17,208 nucleotides of DNA, taken from NCBI GenBank assembly GCA_041288045.1, contig JBGGMM010000038.1, positions 1 through 17,208 on the forward strand, given 5' to 3'. This document shows, piece by piece, positions 8,368-16,369 of the stretch. The notes beneath the pieces are model-generated. The model worked only from the letters and a program-made list of their open reading frames with translations, was not told the origin of the DNA and did not search any database. The position numbers were made by a program, and so were the translations under genes. The stretch is from Pseudobdellovibrionaceae bacterium (GTDB lineage: Bacteria; Bdellovibrionota; Bdellovibrionia; Bdellovibrionales; Bdellovibrionaceae). Numbering within the stretch: the stretch's first letter is position 1; each line of letters starts with the position of its first letter.

Positions 8368-9336
8368 ATGGGAAAAGTTTTAGTCTTTGTTGAATCAAGC
8401 AATGGAAAAATCAAGCGAAGCGCTCAAGAGCTGCTAACGGCTGCGAAAAAATCAGGTCAATCGGTGACCGCTCTCGTCGGCGGGTCGCAGGCTCAGCAAT
8501 TGGCCACGGAATGTGCTCAATTCGGAGCTCAAGAGGTCTTTGTGGTCAAGGACTCTCAATTTGATCAGTACAACCCAGAGCTGTTTACAGAAATGATGAG
8601 CCAGGCTGTTGCCGAAATCAAACCCACCGTGATTCTTGCCTCTTCAAGCTCATTGGGAAAAGATCTTTTTCCAAGAGTCGCGGCACATTTGAATACAGGG
8701 GTTCTCAGTGACTGCACCGAGCTCAATCTTCAGGGTGATGACGTGACTGTGAAGCGGCCTGTGTATTCAGGAAAAGCAATGGCAAAAATGGGTTTTGAAA
8801 ACAGCTCGGTAAAAATCGTATTGATGCGTCCCAATCAGTTGCCAATTGAAGCTCCACAAACTTCTGCGACTGCAGCTACCAAAGAGCTGTCTGTGAAAAA
8901 GACTGATTTAAAAACATTGATCAAAGAAGTGGTCAAAGGAACTTCTGAAAAATTAGATCTCACCGAAGCAAATATCATCGTCTCAGGTGGGCGCGGCTTG
9001 AAAGAAGCTGCAAACTTTAAGCTTCTCAATGAGCTCGCAGATGCTTTGGGCGCCACTGTTGGCGCTTCACGTGCCGTCGTTGATGCCGGGTGGGTTTCTC
9101 ATGGAATGCAAGTTGGGCAAACTGGAAAAACAGTGGCTCCAACTCTTTACATTGCTGTCGGGATTTCTGGAGCTATTCAACATTTGGCCGGAATGTCCGG
9201 CGCTAAAGTGATTGTCGCGATCAACAATGACCCCAATGCGCCCATTTTTCAAAAGGCGACTTATGGAATTGTCGGCGATCTTTTTGATGTCGTTCCCAAG
9301 TTAACTGAAGAATTCAAAAAGGCGCTCCATCACTGA
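8368..9336 (+). CDS. etfA: Electron transfer flavoprotein alpha subunit
   Basis: LTEANIIVSGGRG, VGASRAVVDAGW, QVGQTGKTVAP, GISGAIQHLAGM. Confidence 0.97.
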   Translation: MGKVLVFVESSNGKIKRSAQELLTAAKKSGQSVTALVGGSQAQQLATECAQFGAQEVFVVKDSQFDQYNPELFTEMMSQAVAEIKPTVILASSSSLGKDLFPRVAAHLNTGVLSDCTELNLQGDDVTVKRPVYSGKAMAKMGFENSSVKIVLMRPNQLPIEAPQTSATAATKELSVKKTDLKTLIKEVVKGTSEKLDLTEANIIVSGGRGLKEAANFKLLNELADALGATVGASRAVVDAGWVSHGMQVGQTGKTVAPTLYIAVGISGAIQHLAGMSGAKVIVAINNDPNAPIFQKATYGIVGDLFDVVPKLTEEFKKALHH

Positions 9337-10007
9337 TGGAGCTTTGGTTTCGAAAGTATTTCTTAGGCTTCATTGTCTGGCTTTTCTTTAAGTCCCTCTC
9401 GCTGACTTGGCGTGTGACTGTCGAAGAGCCAGAGTCCATGAAAGACTCCATTCGAAATCAAGAGCCTCTCGTTTTTGCTCATTGGCATGGAGATGAGGTG
9501 GCCCTGATTTACCTGATTGGTCGATATCGGATCGCCACCATCACTTCTACCAGCAAAGATGGCGAAATGATGAATACCGTGATTCATTTGCTCGGCGGAG
9601 TAACAACTCGAGGCTCCTCCACTCGCGGTGCTATCAATGCCCTCAAAGGCCTTGTTCGAATTGTTCGCGATCAAAAAAGAAATTCAAGTTTTGCTGTCGA
9701 TGGCCCCAAGGGACCTCTTCATCAAGTGAAGCCCGGGGTTTTTGAAATCAGTCGGCTTTTAGGCGGACCTATTTACTCTGTTGGGGTTGCCTGCGATCGA
9801 AAGTGGGTTTTTGAGAAGGCCTGGAACAAAGCTTATTTGCCAAAACCCTTCGCTCGAATTCACATGCAGTGGATGGGGCCCGTTGGTCCAGTGACAAGAG
9901 AGCAAGATCCGCGGTCGCCAGTGCTTGCTCAAGATCTTTCAGACGCCCTGCGTAACGCAGAGAGAGAAGCTCTTAAAAAAATTGCGGCACCCTCCCGGCT
10001 CAGTTAG
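9336..10007 (+). CDS. DUF374 / lysophospholipid-acyltransferase family protein (LpxJ-like)
   Basis: N-terminal TM helix; motifs WHG, STSKDGE, RGSSTRG, DGPKGP...KPG and PKPF typical of DUF374. TGATG overlap with etfA. Confidence 0.85.
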   Translation: MELWFRKYFLGFIVWLFFKSLSLTWRVTVEEPESMKDSIRNQEPLVFAHWHGDEVALIYLIGRYRIATITSTSKDGEMMNTVIHLLGGVTTRGSSTRGAINALKGLVRIVRDQKRNSSFAVDGPKGPLHQVKPGVFEISRLLGGPIYSVGVACDRKWVFEKAWNKAYLPKPFARIHMQWMGPVGPVTREQDPRSPVLAQDLSDALRNAEREALKKIAAPSRLS

Positions 10008-10047
10008 CCTAAACGAAGCACTCATGTTCTAACAAGGATGTCAAAAT

Positions 10048-10872
10048 ATGAAGCATTTCCAAGTTCTTGCCGCTTTTTTGCTGGCGGCTTCGATCGTTCA
10101 TTCCGCAGGGGCCCAATCGAAGGACTCTGTCGTGGCCGTTGTCGGAACAAAGACAATCACCCTTGATGAGTTCAATCGTAAATACAACGAGGTCAAATCC
10201 CAAACAATCAACACACCTACAAAAGGCCAGTTCCTTGAAGACCTGATCCGCTACGAGGTTGGCCTCCAGGAAGCGGAAAGAAGAAAGCTTCAAAACGATC
10301 CTTTGGTGCAAGAAAGAATGCGCCAAGAGCTCTACAAAGCTTTGCTTGAAAAAGATCTGGGCGAAAAAGTGCAAAAATCCAATGTCACCGACAAGGACAT
10401 GCGCGCTTACTATAAAACCAACCCGGAAATCCGAACTTCTCATATTTTGATCGAGGTCAAACCTGGAGCCACAGCTGAGCAAAGAGCAGAAGCTAAAAAG
10501 CGGGCGACAGAAATTTTGGATGAAGTGAAAAAAAGCAAGCGGCCCTTTGAAGAGCTAGCAAAGCTTTATTCGGATGATCCCTATACAAAGCAAACCGGTG
10601 GCGACGCGGGCTGGGGAAACCGAGTGACTTGGGTTCCTTCTTATTACGAAGCCGCTATGAAGATGGATGTCGGACAAATTTCAAATCTGGTGGAAACTCC
10701 GTTTGGATTTCAAATTGTCAAATTGACGGGTCGCCGAACCTATGAAAACGCTAACAAGAGAACCATTCGAATCGCTGTGTTTGATGAGAAGCGCCGAGAG
10801 CTTTTCAATGATTATTTTGAAAAGTTGAAAAAGAGTTATAAAATTCAGACCAACAGAAAGTTGATCGAGTAG
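10048..10872 (+). CDS. Exported parvulin-type peptidyl-prolyl isomerase (PpiC/PrsA-like foldase)
   Basis: Signal peptide (AGA-Q), VVAVVG..TIT, RTSHILI, FEELAKLYSDD...GGDAGW, VETPFGF. Confidence 0.9.
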   Translation: MKHFQVLAAFLLAASIVHSAGAQSKDSVVAVVGTKTITLDEFNRKYNEVKSQTINTPTKGQFLEDLIRYEVGLQEAERRKLQNDPLVQERMRQELYKALLEKDLGEKVQKSNVTDKDMRAYYKTNPEIRTSHILIEVKPGATAEQRAEAKKRATEILDEVKKSKRPFEELAKLYSDDPYTKQTGGDAGWGNRVTWVPSYYEAAMKMDVGQISNLVETPFGFQIVKLTGRRTYENANKRTIRIAVFDEKRRELFNDYFEKLKKSYKIQTNRKLIE

Positions 10873-10880
10873 GAGTTTTT

Positions 10881-11855
10881 TTGAAATTGTTCTTCAAAAG
10901 CCCCGCACTCACGGGGCTTTTTCATTTCAGTCTTTGTCTTTTGTTGGCTGGTTGTGACCTGGGTGCTTCGCGAGTGAACTCAAAGCCCGTGGTTCAAGTC
11001 AATGAGCGCTATTTGACCGCGAAGGACTTTGCTGATCAATTGGCGCGGCGGTTGAAGAATTTTGATGCTCTCTCCGCAAAAGATCCCAACAACGTCAAGC
11101 GCGCCAAAGAGGATGTGATTCGCGTTTTTATTCTTCAGGCTTTGACCGAAGATTATGCGAAACAAAATCAAATCTCTGTGGATGATACTGAGCTTGAAAA
11201 AGAAATTAACGCCTTTCGCTCCTCTTATCCAGATGACCTTTCATTTCGAAGAGTTCTCGCTGAAGAAAGCCTTTCTATGTCTGACTGGAAAGAAGAGCTG
11301 AGAAAAACTCTTCTTTCGCGAAAGGTTTTCAAAAAATTTTCTGAAAAGGTTCAGCCTCCGACCAGCGATGAAGTTCGCAAATATTACGACGACAATAAAA
11401 CTCTGTATAAACGCAAAGAGCAGGTTTATTTGCGACAGATCATTTTGGATGAGCTTTCCAAAGCTCAGAGCGTGCGTGAAGAGTTGCGACGCAAGGACTT
11501 TGTCGAAATGGCAAAAAAATATTCGGTCGCGCCAGAGGCTAAAAATGGCGGGCTTGTCGGCTGGGTTGAAAAAGGTTCTGTGGATATTTTTGATAAAGCC
11601 TTCCAATTGCCTGTTGGCGGCATGAGTCAGGTCCTCGAAAGCTCTTACGGCTTTCACATCTTTAAAGTAGAACGAAAAACAGGTCCTGGTTTCGCGCCTA
11701 TTGACGAGGTCAAAGAGGAAATCTCTCAAGCCCTCATTGGCAAAAAGGAACAGGCCGAATTTGCCGCCTGGCTTGATAAACAGATCCGCGCCAGTCGGGT
11801 TCTCCGCGATAATGAATTGCTCGCGGCTATATCTGTTGAAACAAGGGGTCCATGA
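10881..11855 (+). CDS. SurA-N plus parvulin foldase, predicted lipoprotein
   Basis: TTG start after SD AGGAG; lipobox LAGC; VVQVN, FVEMAKKYS...GGLVGW, SSYGFHIFKV. Confidence 0.88.
   Translation: MKLFFKSPALTGLFHFSLCLLLAGCDLGASRVNSKPVVQVNERYLTAKDFADQLARRLKNFDALSAKDPNNVKRAKEDVIRVFILQALTEDYAKQNQISVDDTELEKEINAFRSSYPDDLSFRRVLAEESLSMSDWKEELRKTLLSRKVFKKFSEKVQPPTSDEVRKYYDDNKTLYKRKEQVYLRQIILDELSKAQSVREELRRKDFVEMAKKYSVAPEAKNGGLVGWVEKGSVDIFDKAFQLPVGGMSQVLESSYGFHIFKVERKTGPGFAPIDEVKEEISQALIGKKEQAEFAAWLDKQIRASRVLRDNELLAAISVETRGP
10896..10922 (+). terminator. Intrinsic terminator-like hairpin inside the 5' end of the second foldase CDS
   Basis: AAAAGCCCCG-cactca-CGGGGCTTTT(T), followed by CATTT. It lies 23 nt after the first foldase stop. 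Confidence 0.7.
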
Positions 11856-12808
11856 TCATGAAAAAAACTTTTTTCACGCTTCTGCTGGCTGCATCTGTCG
11901 CCTCGGCTGAAATTGTTGATCGAGTCGTCGCCATCGTAAACACAGAAATCATCACTCTTTCTGAGCTCAAATCATTTGAGAAAAAAGTCAGTCAAAATGG
12001 AATGATTGATGACCTTTTGCTGTTTGGGCAAAAAGCGGATTCACTCAAAGGAAATCGCGAAGCTGAGCTCAACTATTTGATCAACGAAAAGCTTTTGGAT
12101 TCTGAAATCAAGCGTTTGAATCTCGCAGTCACTATTGAGCGGGTTGAACAAGAAATCAGAGATATCGCCAAAAAGAATGGCGTTTCTCGGGCTGATCTGA
12201 TGAGTGCCATCAAAGCCCAGGGCATGAACCCCAGCGACTATCAGGCTTTCATCAAGACACGAATCGAGCGCCAGTCTCTCATCGAGCAAGAGATCACTTC
12301 AAAAATTCGTGTTTCAGACGAGGATGTGATGGCCCAATACTCTCGGCAATATCCAAATACCGCTGCTGGGATTTATGAATACACTCTGGCTCATATTCTT
12401 TTCAATCCTCGAAAGTCAGGTGGTCCGACGGCGGCCCGCGAGCGAGCGCAAGCTGCACTTAAGAAAATTCGCGATGGCAATGCGTTTGAAACTGTGGCGG
12501 AACAAAGCAGTGAAGATCCTAACTTTTCTTCTGGCGGCGCCCTTGGCACCTTTAAGGCCGGGGAGTTCAATCAGGATCTGGAGCGCGCCGTTCAGGGCCT
12601 TGGCGCTGGTGAGGTTTCAGACATCGTTCAGTCGAAAGCTGGCTATCACATCGTCAAAGTTCTCAATAAAAAAATCACCACAGACTCTCGCTACGAACAA
12701 GAGAAAGAAAAAATTCGCGCTCAGCTTTTTGAAAAATCATTTCAAAAGCACTTTAAAAATTGGATTGAGGGAAAGCGGGAAGAATCCTTTATTCGGATCA
12801 ATCGGTGA
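11852..12808 (+). CDS. surA: SurA-like periplasmic chaperone with a single parvulin domain
   Basis: Signal peptide ASA-E followed by the SurA-type start IVDRVVAIVN.EIITLSEL; LAHILF, GGALG.F, GYHIVKV. Immediately upstream of pdxA, the conserved surA-pdxA order. Confidence 0.85.
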   Translation: MIMKKTFFTLLLAASVASAEIVDRVVAIVNTEIITLSELKSFEKKVSQNGMIDDLLLFGQKADSLKGNREAELNYLINEKLLDSEIKRLNLAVTIERVEQEIRDIAKKNGVSRADLMSAIKAQGMNPSDYQAFIKTRIERQSLIEQEITSKIRVSDEDVMAQYSRQYPNTAAGIYEYTLAHILFNPRKSGGPTAARERAQAALKKIRDGNAFETVAEQSSEDPNFSSGGALGTFKAGEFNQDLERAVQGLGAGEVSDIVQSKAGYHIVKVLNKKITTDSRYEQEKEKIRAQLFEKSFQKHFKNWIEGKREESFIRINR

Positions 12809-13758
12809 GAGCCCCTGCTATCAAAAAAGTTTTAATCACAACTGGTGATGTGGACGGAGTAGGTCTTGAGGTTTCAATCAAGGCTCTGCAAAAGCTTGGG
12901 CCACAGAAAAAAACACAGTTTTTTCTTTATCGTTCTCTTTTGGCTCCCGCATTCCGACTTTCGCGGTTTGATCGAATCCAGGTTTTAGATCTTCAACACG
13001 CTCTTCAAATCAAACCGAATCCAAATCAGATTATTGAAATTGTCAGAACCGATTCTCCGGCTTGTTGGGTTGAAGAGGCTGGGCGGGCTTGCTTTCAAAA
13101 AAAAGCAGATTCCATTGTGACAGCCCCGCTTTCAAAACAAGAGATCCAGGCGGCCGGCTTTTCAGATATCGGTCACACGGATATTTTCAAGCGCGTCACC
13201 AAAGAAAAAACAGCCTTTATGGCTTTTATGGGGCCTCAGTTCAACGTGCTTCTCATTACTGGGCATATTCCGACCTCTCAAGTTGAAAAGAAAATCACTC
13301 CCGCGCTGTTGAAAAAAGCTTTCCAAGCTGCTGAAAAAGCTCGATCTCTTTTGCCATCATCTCAGGCAAAAAAGCCATTGGCCGTTCTGGGGCTGAACCC
13401 ACATGCCGGAGACCAGGGCTTAATTGGCCAATTTGACGAAAAGATCTTGAAGCCCTATTTGCAGCGGCACGGAAAGGCGCTTCGAGCCCAAGGACCGCTC
13501 GTGCCAGACGTTGCCTTTTTGCCTGAGAACTGGAACAAATATTCAGTTTACCTGGCGCAGTACCATGATCAGGGGTTGATTCCCTTTAAAATGATTCATG
13601 GTTTTGATGCGGGTGTGCATTTGACTTTGGGCTTACCTATCAAAAGAAGCTCAGTCGATCATGGAACGGCCAAAGATATTTTTGGACAGAACAAGGCCAA
13701 TCCGGGATCAATGATTGAAGCTCTTCGGTGGGGAGTCCGGCTCGCTCACAAAGGATAA
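12805..13758 (+). CDS. pdxA: 4-hydroxythreonine-4-phosphate dehydrogenase
   Basis: TAPLSK, GHTD, LGLNPHAG, YHDQGLIPFK, TLGLP..RSSVDHGTA.DI; GTGA overlap with surA. Confidence 0.92.
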   Translation: MRAPAIKKVLITTGDVDGVGLEVSIKALQKLGPQKKTQFFLYRSLLAPAFRLSRFDRIQVLDLQHALQIKPNPNQIIEIVRTDSPACWVEEAGRACFQKKADSIVTAPLSKQEIQAAGFSDIGHTDIFKRVTKEKTAFMAFMGPQFNVLLITGHIPTSQVEKKITPALLKKAFQAAEKARSLLPSSQAKKPLAVLGLNPHAGDQGLIGQFDEKILKPYLQRHGKALRAQGPLVPDVAFLPENWNKYSVYLAQYHDQGLIPFKMIHGFDAGVHLTLGLPIKRSSVDHGTAKDIFGQNKANPGSMIEALRWGVRLAHKG

Positions 13759-13761
13759 TTG

Positions 13762-15129
13762 ATGTATCAAAATGTCATTTTTCGAGAGTACGACATCCGC
13801 GGCATTTATCAAAAAGAGTTCGACAAAGATTTCGCCTATCTTCTAGGCCGAGCTTACGCTCAATATTTTTTTGAAAAAGCCGGAAAACAAAACATCACCG
13901 TCACACTTGGACACGATGCCAGACTTTCAAGCCCTGAAATCAAAGCGTCTCTTTCAAAAGGCCTCCAAGATTCTGGAGCCAAAGTCATTTACATTGGCCT
14001 TGTCACTTCGCCGATCTCTTATTTCACAACATTCGAGGTCCCCGGGGTTGACGGCGCAATCATGATCACTGGAAGCCACAATCCTCCGGATTACAATGGC
14101 TTTAAGATCAGCGTTGGCAAAGCCACAATTTTTGGTGAAGAAATTCAGCGACTTCGTCACATCATTGAAAAAGGCGTTTTTCAAAATGGCAAAGGCTCTG
14201 AATCACAGCTTGATATTTTTCCCCAGTACGTGGCTCGCTACCAAAAAGAATTCGGCAACCTCAAAAACATCAAAGTCGTCCTTGATTGCGGGAACGGCGC
14301 GGGTGGTTGCATTGTACGAAAGCTTTTTGAATCCGTTGGATTAAAGCCGACAATTCTTTTTGAAGAACCAGACGGCCGCTTTCCCAATCACCATCCTGAT
14401 CCCACAGTCGAAAAAAACCTCAAAGACCTCGCGGCCGCCGTCAAAGCGGAGGGTGCCGTGGCTGGAATCGGCTTTGATGGCGACGCAGATCGCATCGGTA
14501 TCGTCGATCACACCGGCAAAATGATATACGGTGATGAGCTGATGGTTCTCATCAGTAGATCCATTCTTGAAACAAAAAAAGGTGCTAAAATCATCGGCGA
14601 TGTAAAATGCTCGGACCGTCTCTATGACGACATTCGAAAACACGGTGGCGAACCCATCATGTGGAAAACAGGCCACTCTCTGATCAAAGAAAAAATCAAA
14701 GCCGAGAAGGCCCCCTTCGGCGGCGAAATGTCCGGCCACATCTTTTTCGCTGATAGAAACCACGGCTACGACGATGCGCTTTACGCCGCTCTTCGAGTTT
14801 GCGAGATTCTCTCTAAGACCGGAAAGACGATCCCTCAACTTCTTGAGGGCTTACCGCCAGCTTACAACACACCAGAAATCCGCATCGACACGACAGAAGA
14901 AAAAAAGGTCCAAATCGTCGAAAAGCTCAAATCACAATTCGACGGCAAGACCTCAGACTATCAAACAAACCTAATCGATGGTGTGCGCGTGAGCTTCAAA
15001 GATGGCTGGGCGTTGGCAAGAGCCTCAAACACTCAGCCAGTCCTGGTGCTTCGCTTCGAATCCTGGACACAGGACGGTCTTAAGCGAATCCAATCGCAGT
15101 TTGAAGCCACCGTGAATCCGATGCTTTGA
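13762..15129 (+). CDS. Phosphomannomutase/phosphoglucomutase (AlgC/ManB-like)
   Basis: FREYDIRG, catalytic ITGSHNP, metal loop FDGDADR, sugar loop GEMSGH, RASNT. Start is ATG 13762 or TTG 13759. Confidence 0.95.
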   Translation: MYQNVIFREYDIRGIYQKEFDKDFAYLLGRAYAQYFFEKAGKQNITVTLGHDARLSSPEIKASLSKGLQDSGAKVIYIGLVTSPISYFTTFEVPGVDGAIMITGSHNPPDYNGFKISVGKATIFGEEIQRLRHIIEKGVFQNGKGSESQLDIFPQYVARYQKEFGNLKNIKVVLDCGNGAGGCIVRKLFESVGLKPTILFEEPDGRFPNHHPDPTVEKNLKDLAAAVKAEGAVAGIGFDGDADRIGIVDHTGKMIYGDELMVLISRSILETKKGAKIIGDVKCSDRLYDDIRKHGGEPIMWKTGHSLIKEKIKAEKAPFGGEMSGHIFFADRNHGYDDALYAALRVCEILSKTGKTIPQLLEGLPPAYNTPEIRIDTTEEKKVQIVEKLKSQFDGKTSDYQTNLIDGVRVSFKDGWALARASNTQPVLVLRFESWTQDGLKRIQSQFEATVNPML

Positions 15130-15147
15130 TTTTTGAGTGATTTAAAG

Positions 15148-15179
15148 AAAAATGCCCGCTCTTTTGAAGCAGGCATTTT
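15148..15179. terminator. Bidirectional intrinsic terminator between PMM/PGM and the convergent lipoprotein
   Basis: AAAATGCCcGCT...AGCaGGCATTTT. The C/A mismatch becomes a G-U pair on the minus strand, and both strands have T-runs. Confidence 0.7.
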
Positions 15180-15211
15180 GATTGAGAGCTCGTGAGTTCG
15201 AATTCAGTCTT

Positions 15212-16141
15212 TTAGTTGGAAAAATTCATGTCTCCAAAAATCTCTTTCAATTGCTCTTCTGTCACAGCCTGACCGTTCAGATAAAGTTTTACTTCACCAT
15301 CCTGTTTTTGAAACCTTTGAATCGTTGATGAAGACGAGGGGTAGGTCATCGTGATCTCAGCATAGCTGTCAGGCTTTTGTCCTTCGGAACTCAAAGAATC
15401 CATCATCACGTTCATTTTAACTGTTGGGCCGACAAGCGTCTCAACAACAATTTCTCCATTCATTTTATATCGCGAGGAGCTTGCGCCTTTCATATAGGTA
15501 CTCTTGCCTTCGCCTACCGCCGTTGTTTTGCTTTTTTTAAAGCCCACTTGAGATTGCAAGTCTTCAGTCTTGACCTGAGTTTCGTTCTCACTGTCCATTT
15601 TATAAAGAAACGTCTTTTTCAGTTTATCAAAGACCTTTGCATCCTGCTTTTTCTTATACTCTGCTTCCAGTTCTTTCATGTTGGATGAAATCGTCGTGAT
15701 TTCGGTGTTATCGGTTCCAAAATAACCCATGGGACAGGAATCGCCCGAAATGACTTCCGACTTTGTTTGATTGCTTTTCGACCCTGGTTCTTCTGATGAC
15801 TCTTCGGTTTCTGGTCTAGAGATTGCCGTCGAGCACTTCTCAGAGAGGTTGTCAAAAATCTGCTTTTTTAATCCAGACATTTTTGAAATTTCTTTTTGAT
15901 GCGCAGCTTTGCTTTCATTGGACTCTTTGTCGTCTTTAATCAGAAGGTGCGCGCCAGGCATGTTCGTAAATTTTCCGCCTATTTGTTTAATTTCTTCTTT
16001 TTGGCTTTCACTGAGCTCTTCTTTTTGAATGACCTTATAGGATGCCGACGGGGCCAACTGCTCGTCAGATGATTTCGAATCATCGTTTTTCTTACAGGCA
16101 ACCATTGCCAAAGCTAGCATCAGAATTAAATATTTATTCAT
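15212..16141 (-). CDS. Hypothetical lipoprotein (Lys/Glu/Ser-rich)
   Basis: ATG 16141 with SD AAGGAG; MNKYLILMLALAMVAC is a type II signal with lipobox, followed by a low-complexity linker. No recognisable family. Confidence 0.85.
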   Translation of the reverse strand: MNKYLILMLALAMVACKKNDDSKSSDEQLAPSASYKVIQKEELSESQKEEIKQIGGKFTNMPGAHLLIKDDKESNESKAAHQKEISKMSGLKKQIFDNLSEKCSTAISRPETEESSEEPGSKSNQTKSEVISGDSCPMGYFGTDNTEITTISSNMKELEAEYKKKQDAKVFDKLKKTFLYKMDSENETQVKTEDLQSQVGFKKSKTTAVGEGKSTYMKGASSSRYKMNGEIVVETLVGPTVKMNVMMDSLSSEGQKPDSYAEITMTYPSSSSTIQRFQKQDGEVKLYLNGQAVTEEQLKEIFGDMNFSN

Positions 16142-16310
16142 TGTTACTCCTTCATTTTTCAAAGATGCAGGAGTTTACCAAAGCCTTGTGCTGCTTTCCT
16201 TAGTCTTTGTTTTTTTGTGCTATTTTTTGAATGGCCAGGGTCGATTTCGAAAATAAACTTCCTGGTTGTCTAGAATTTTGACAGATTTTTTTACAAAGAT
16301 TGGGGCTCTA

Positions 16311-16350
16311 AAATCAAAAAGCCAACTATGCTCAGTTGGCTTTTTGATTT
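16311..16350. terminator. Intrinsic terminator downstream of the metalloprotease
   Basis: Perfect 17-bp inverted repeat AAATCAAAAAGCCAACT-atgctc-AGTTGGCTTTTTGATTT, 19 nt past the stop at 16370. Confidence 0.88.
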
Positions 16351-16369
16351 ATCCTTAATCTTTAGGTGC

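Noticed and set aside
10009..10482. 157-aa minus-strand ORF, and similar antisense or alternate-frame ORFs (6772-7218, 11241-11729, 12375-12848, 14341-14838)
   Set aside because: They lie almost or entirely within well-supported genes and have no recognisable domains.
16165..16182. Sigma54-like TTGG...TGCA upstream of the lipoprotein (minus strand)
   Set aside because: GG-to-GC spacing is 9 nt, not the required 10.
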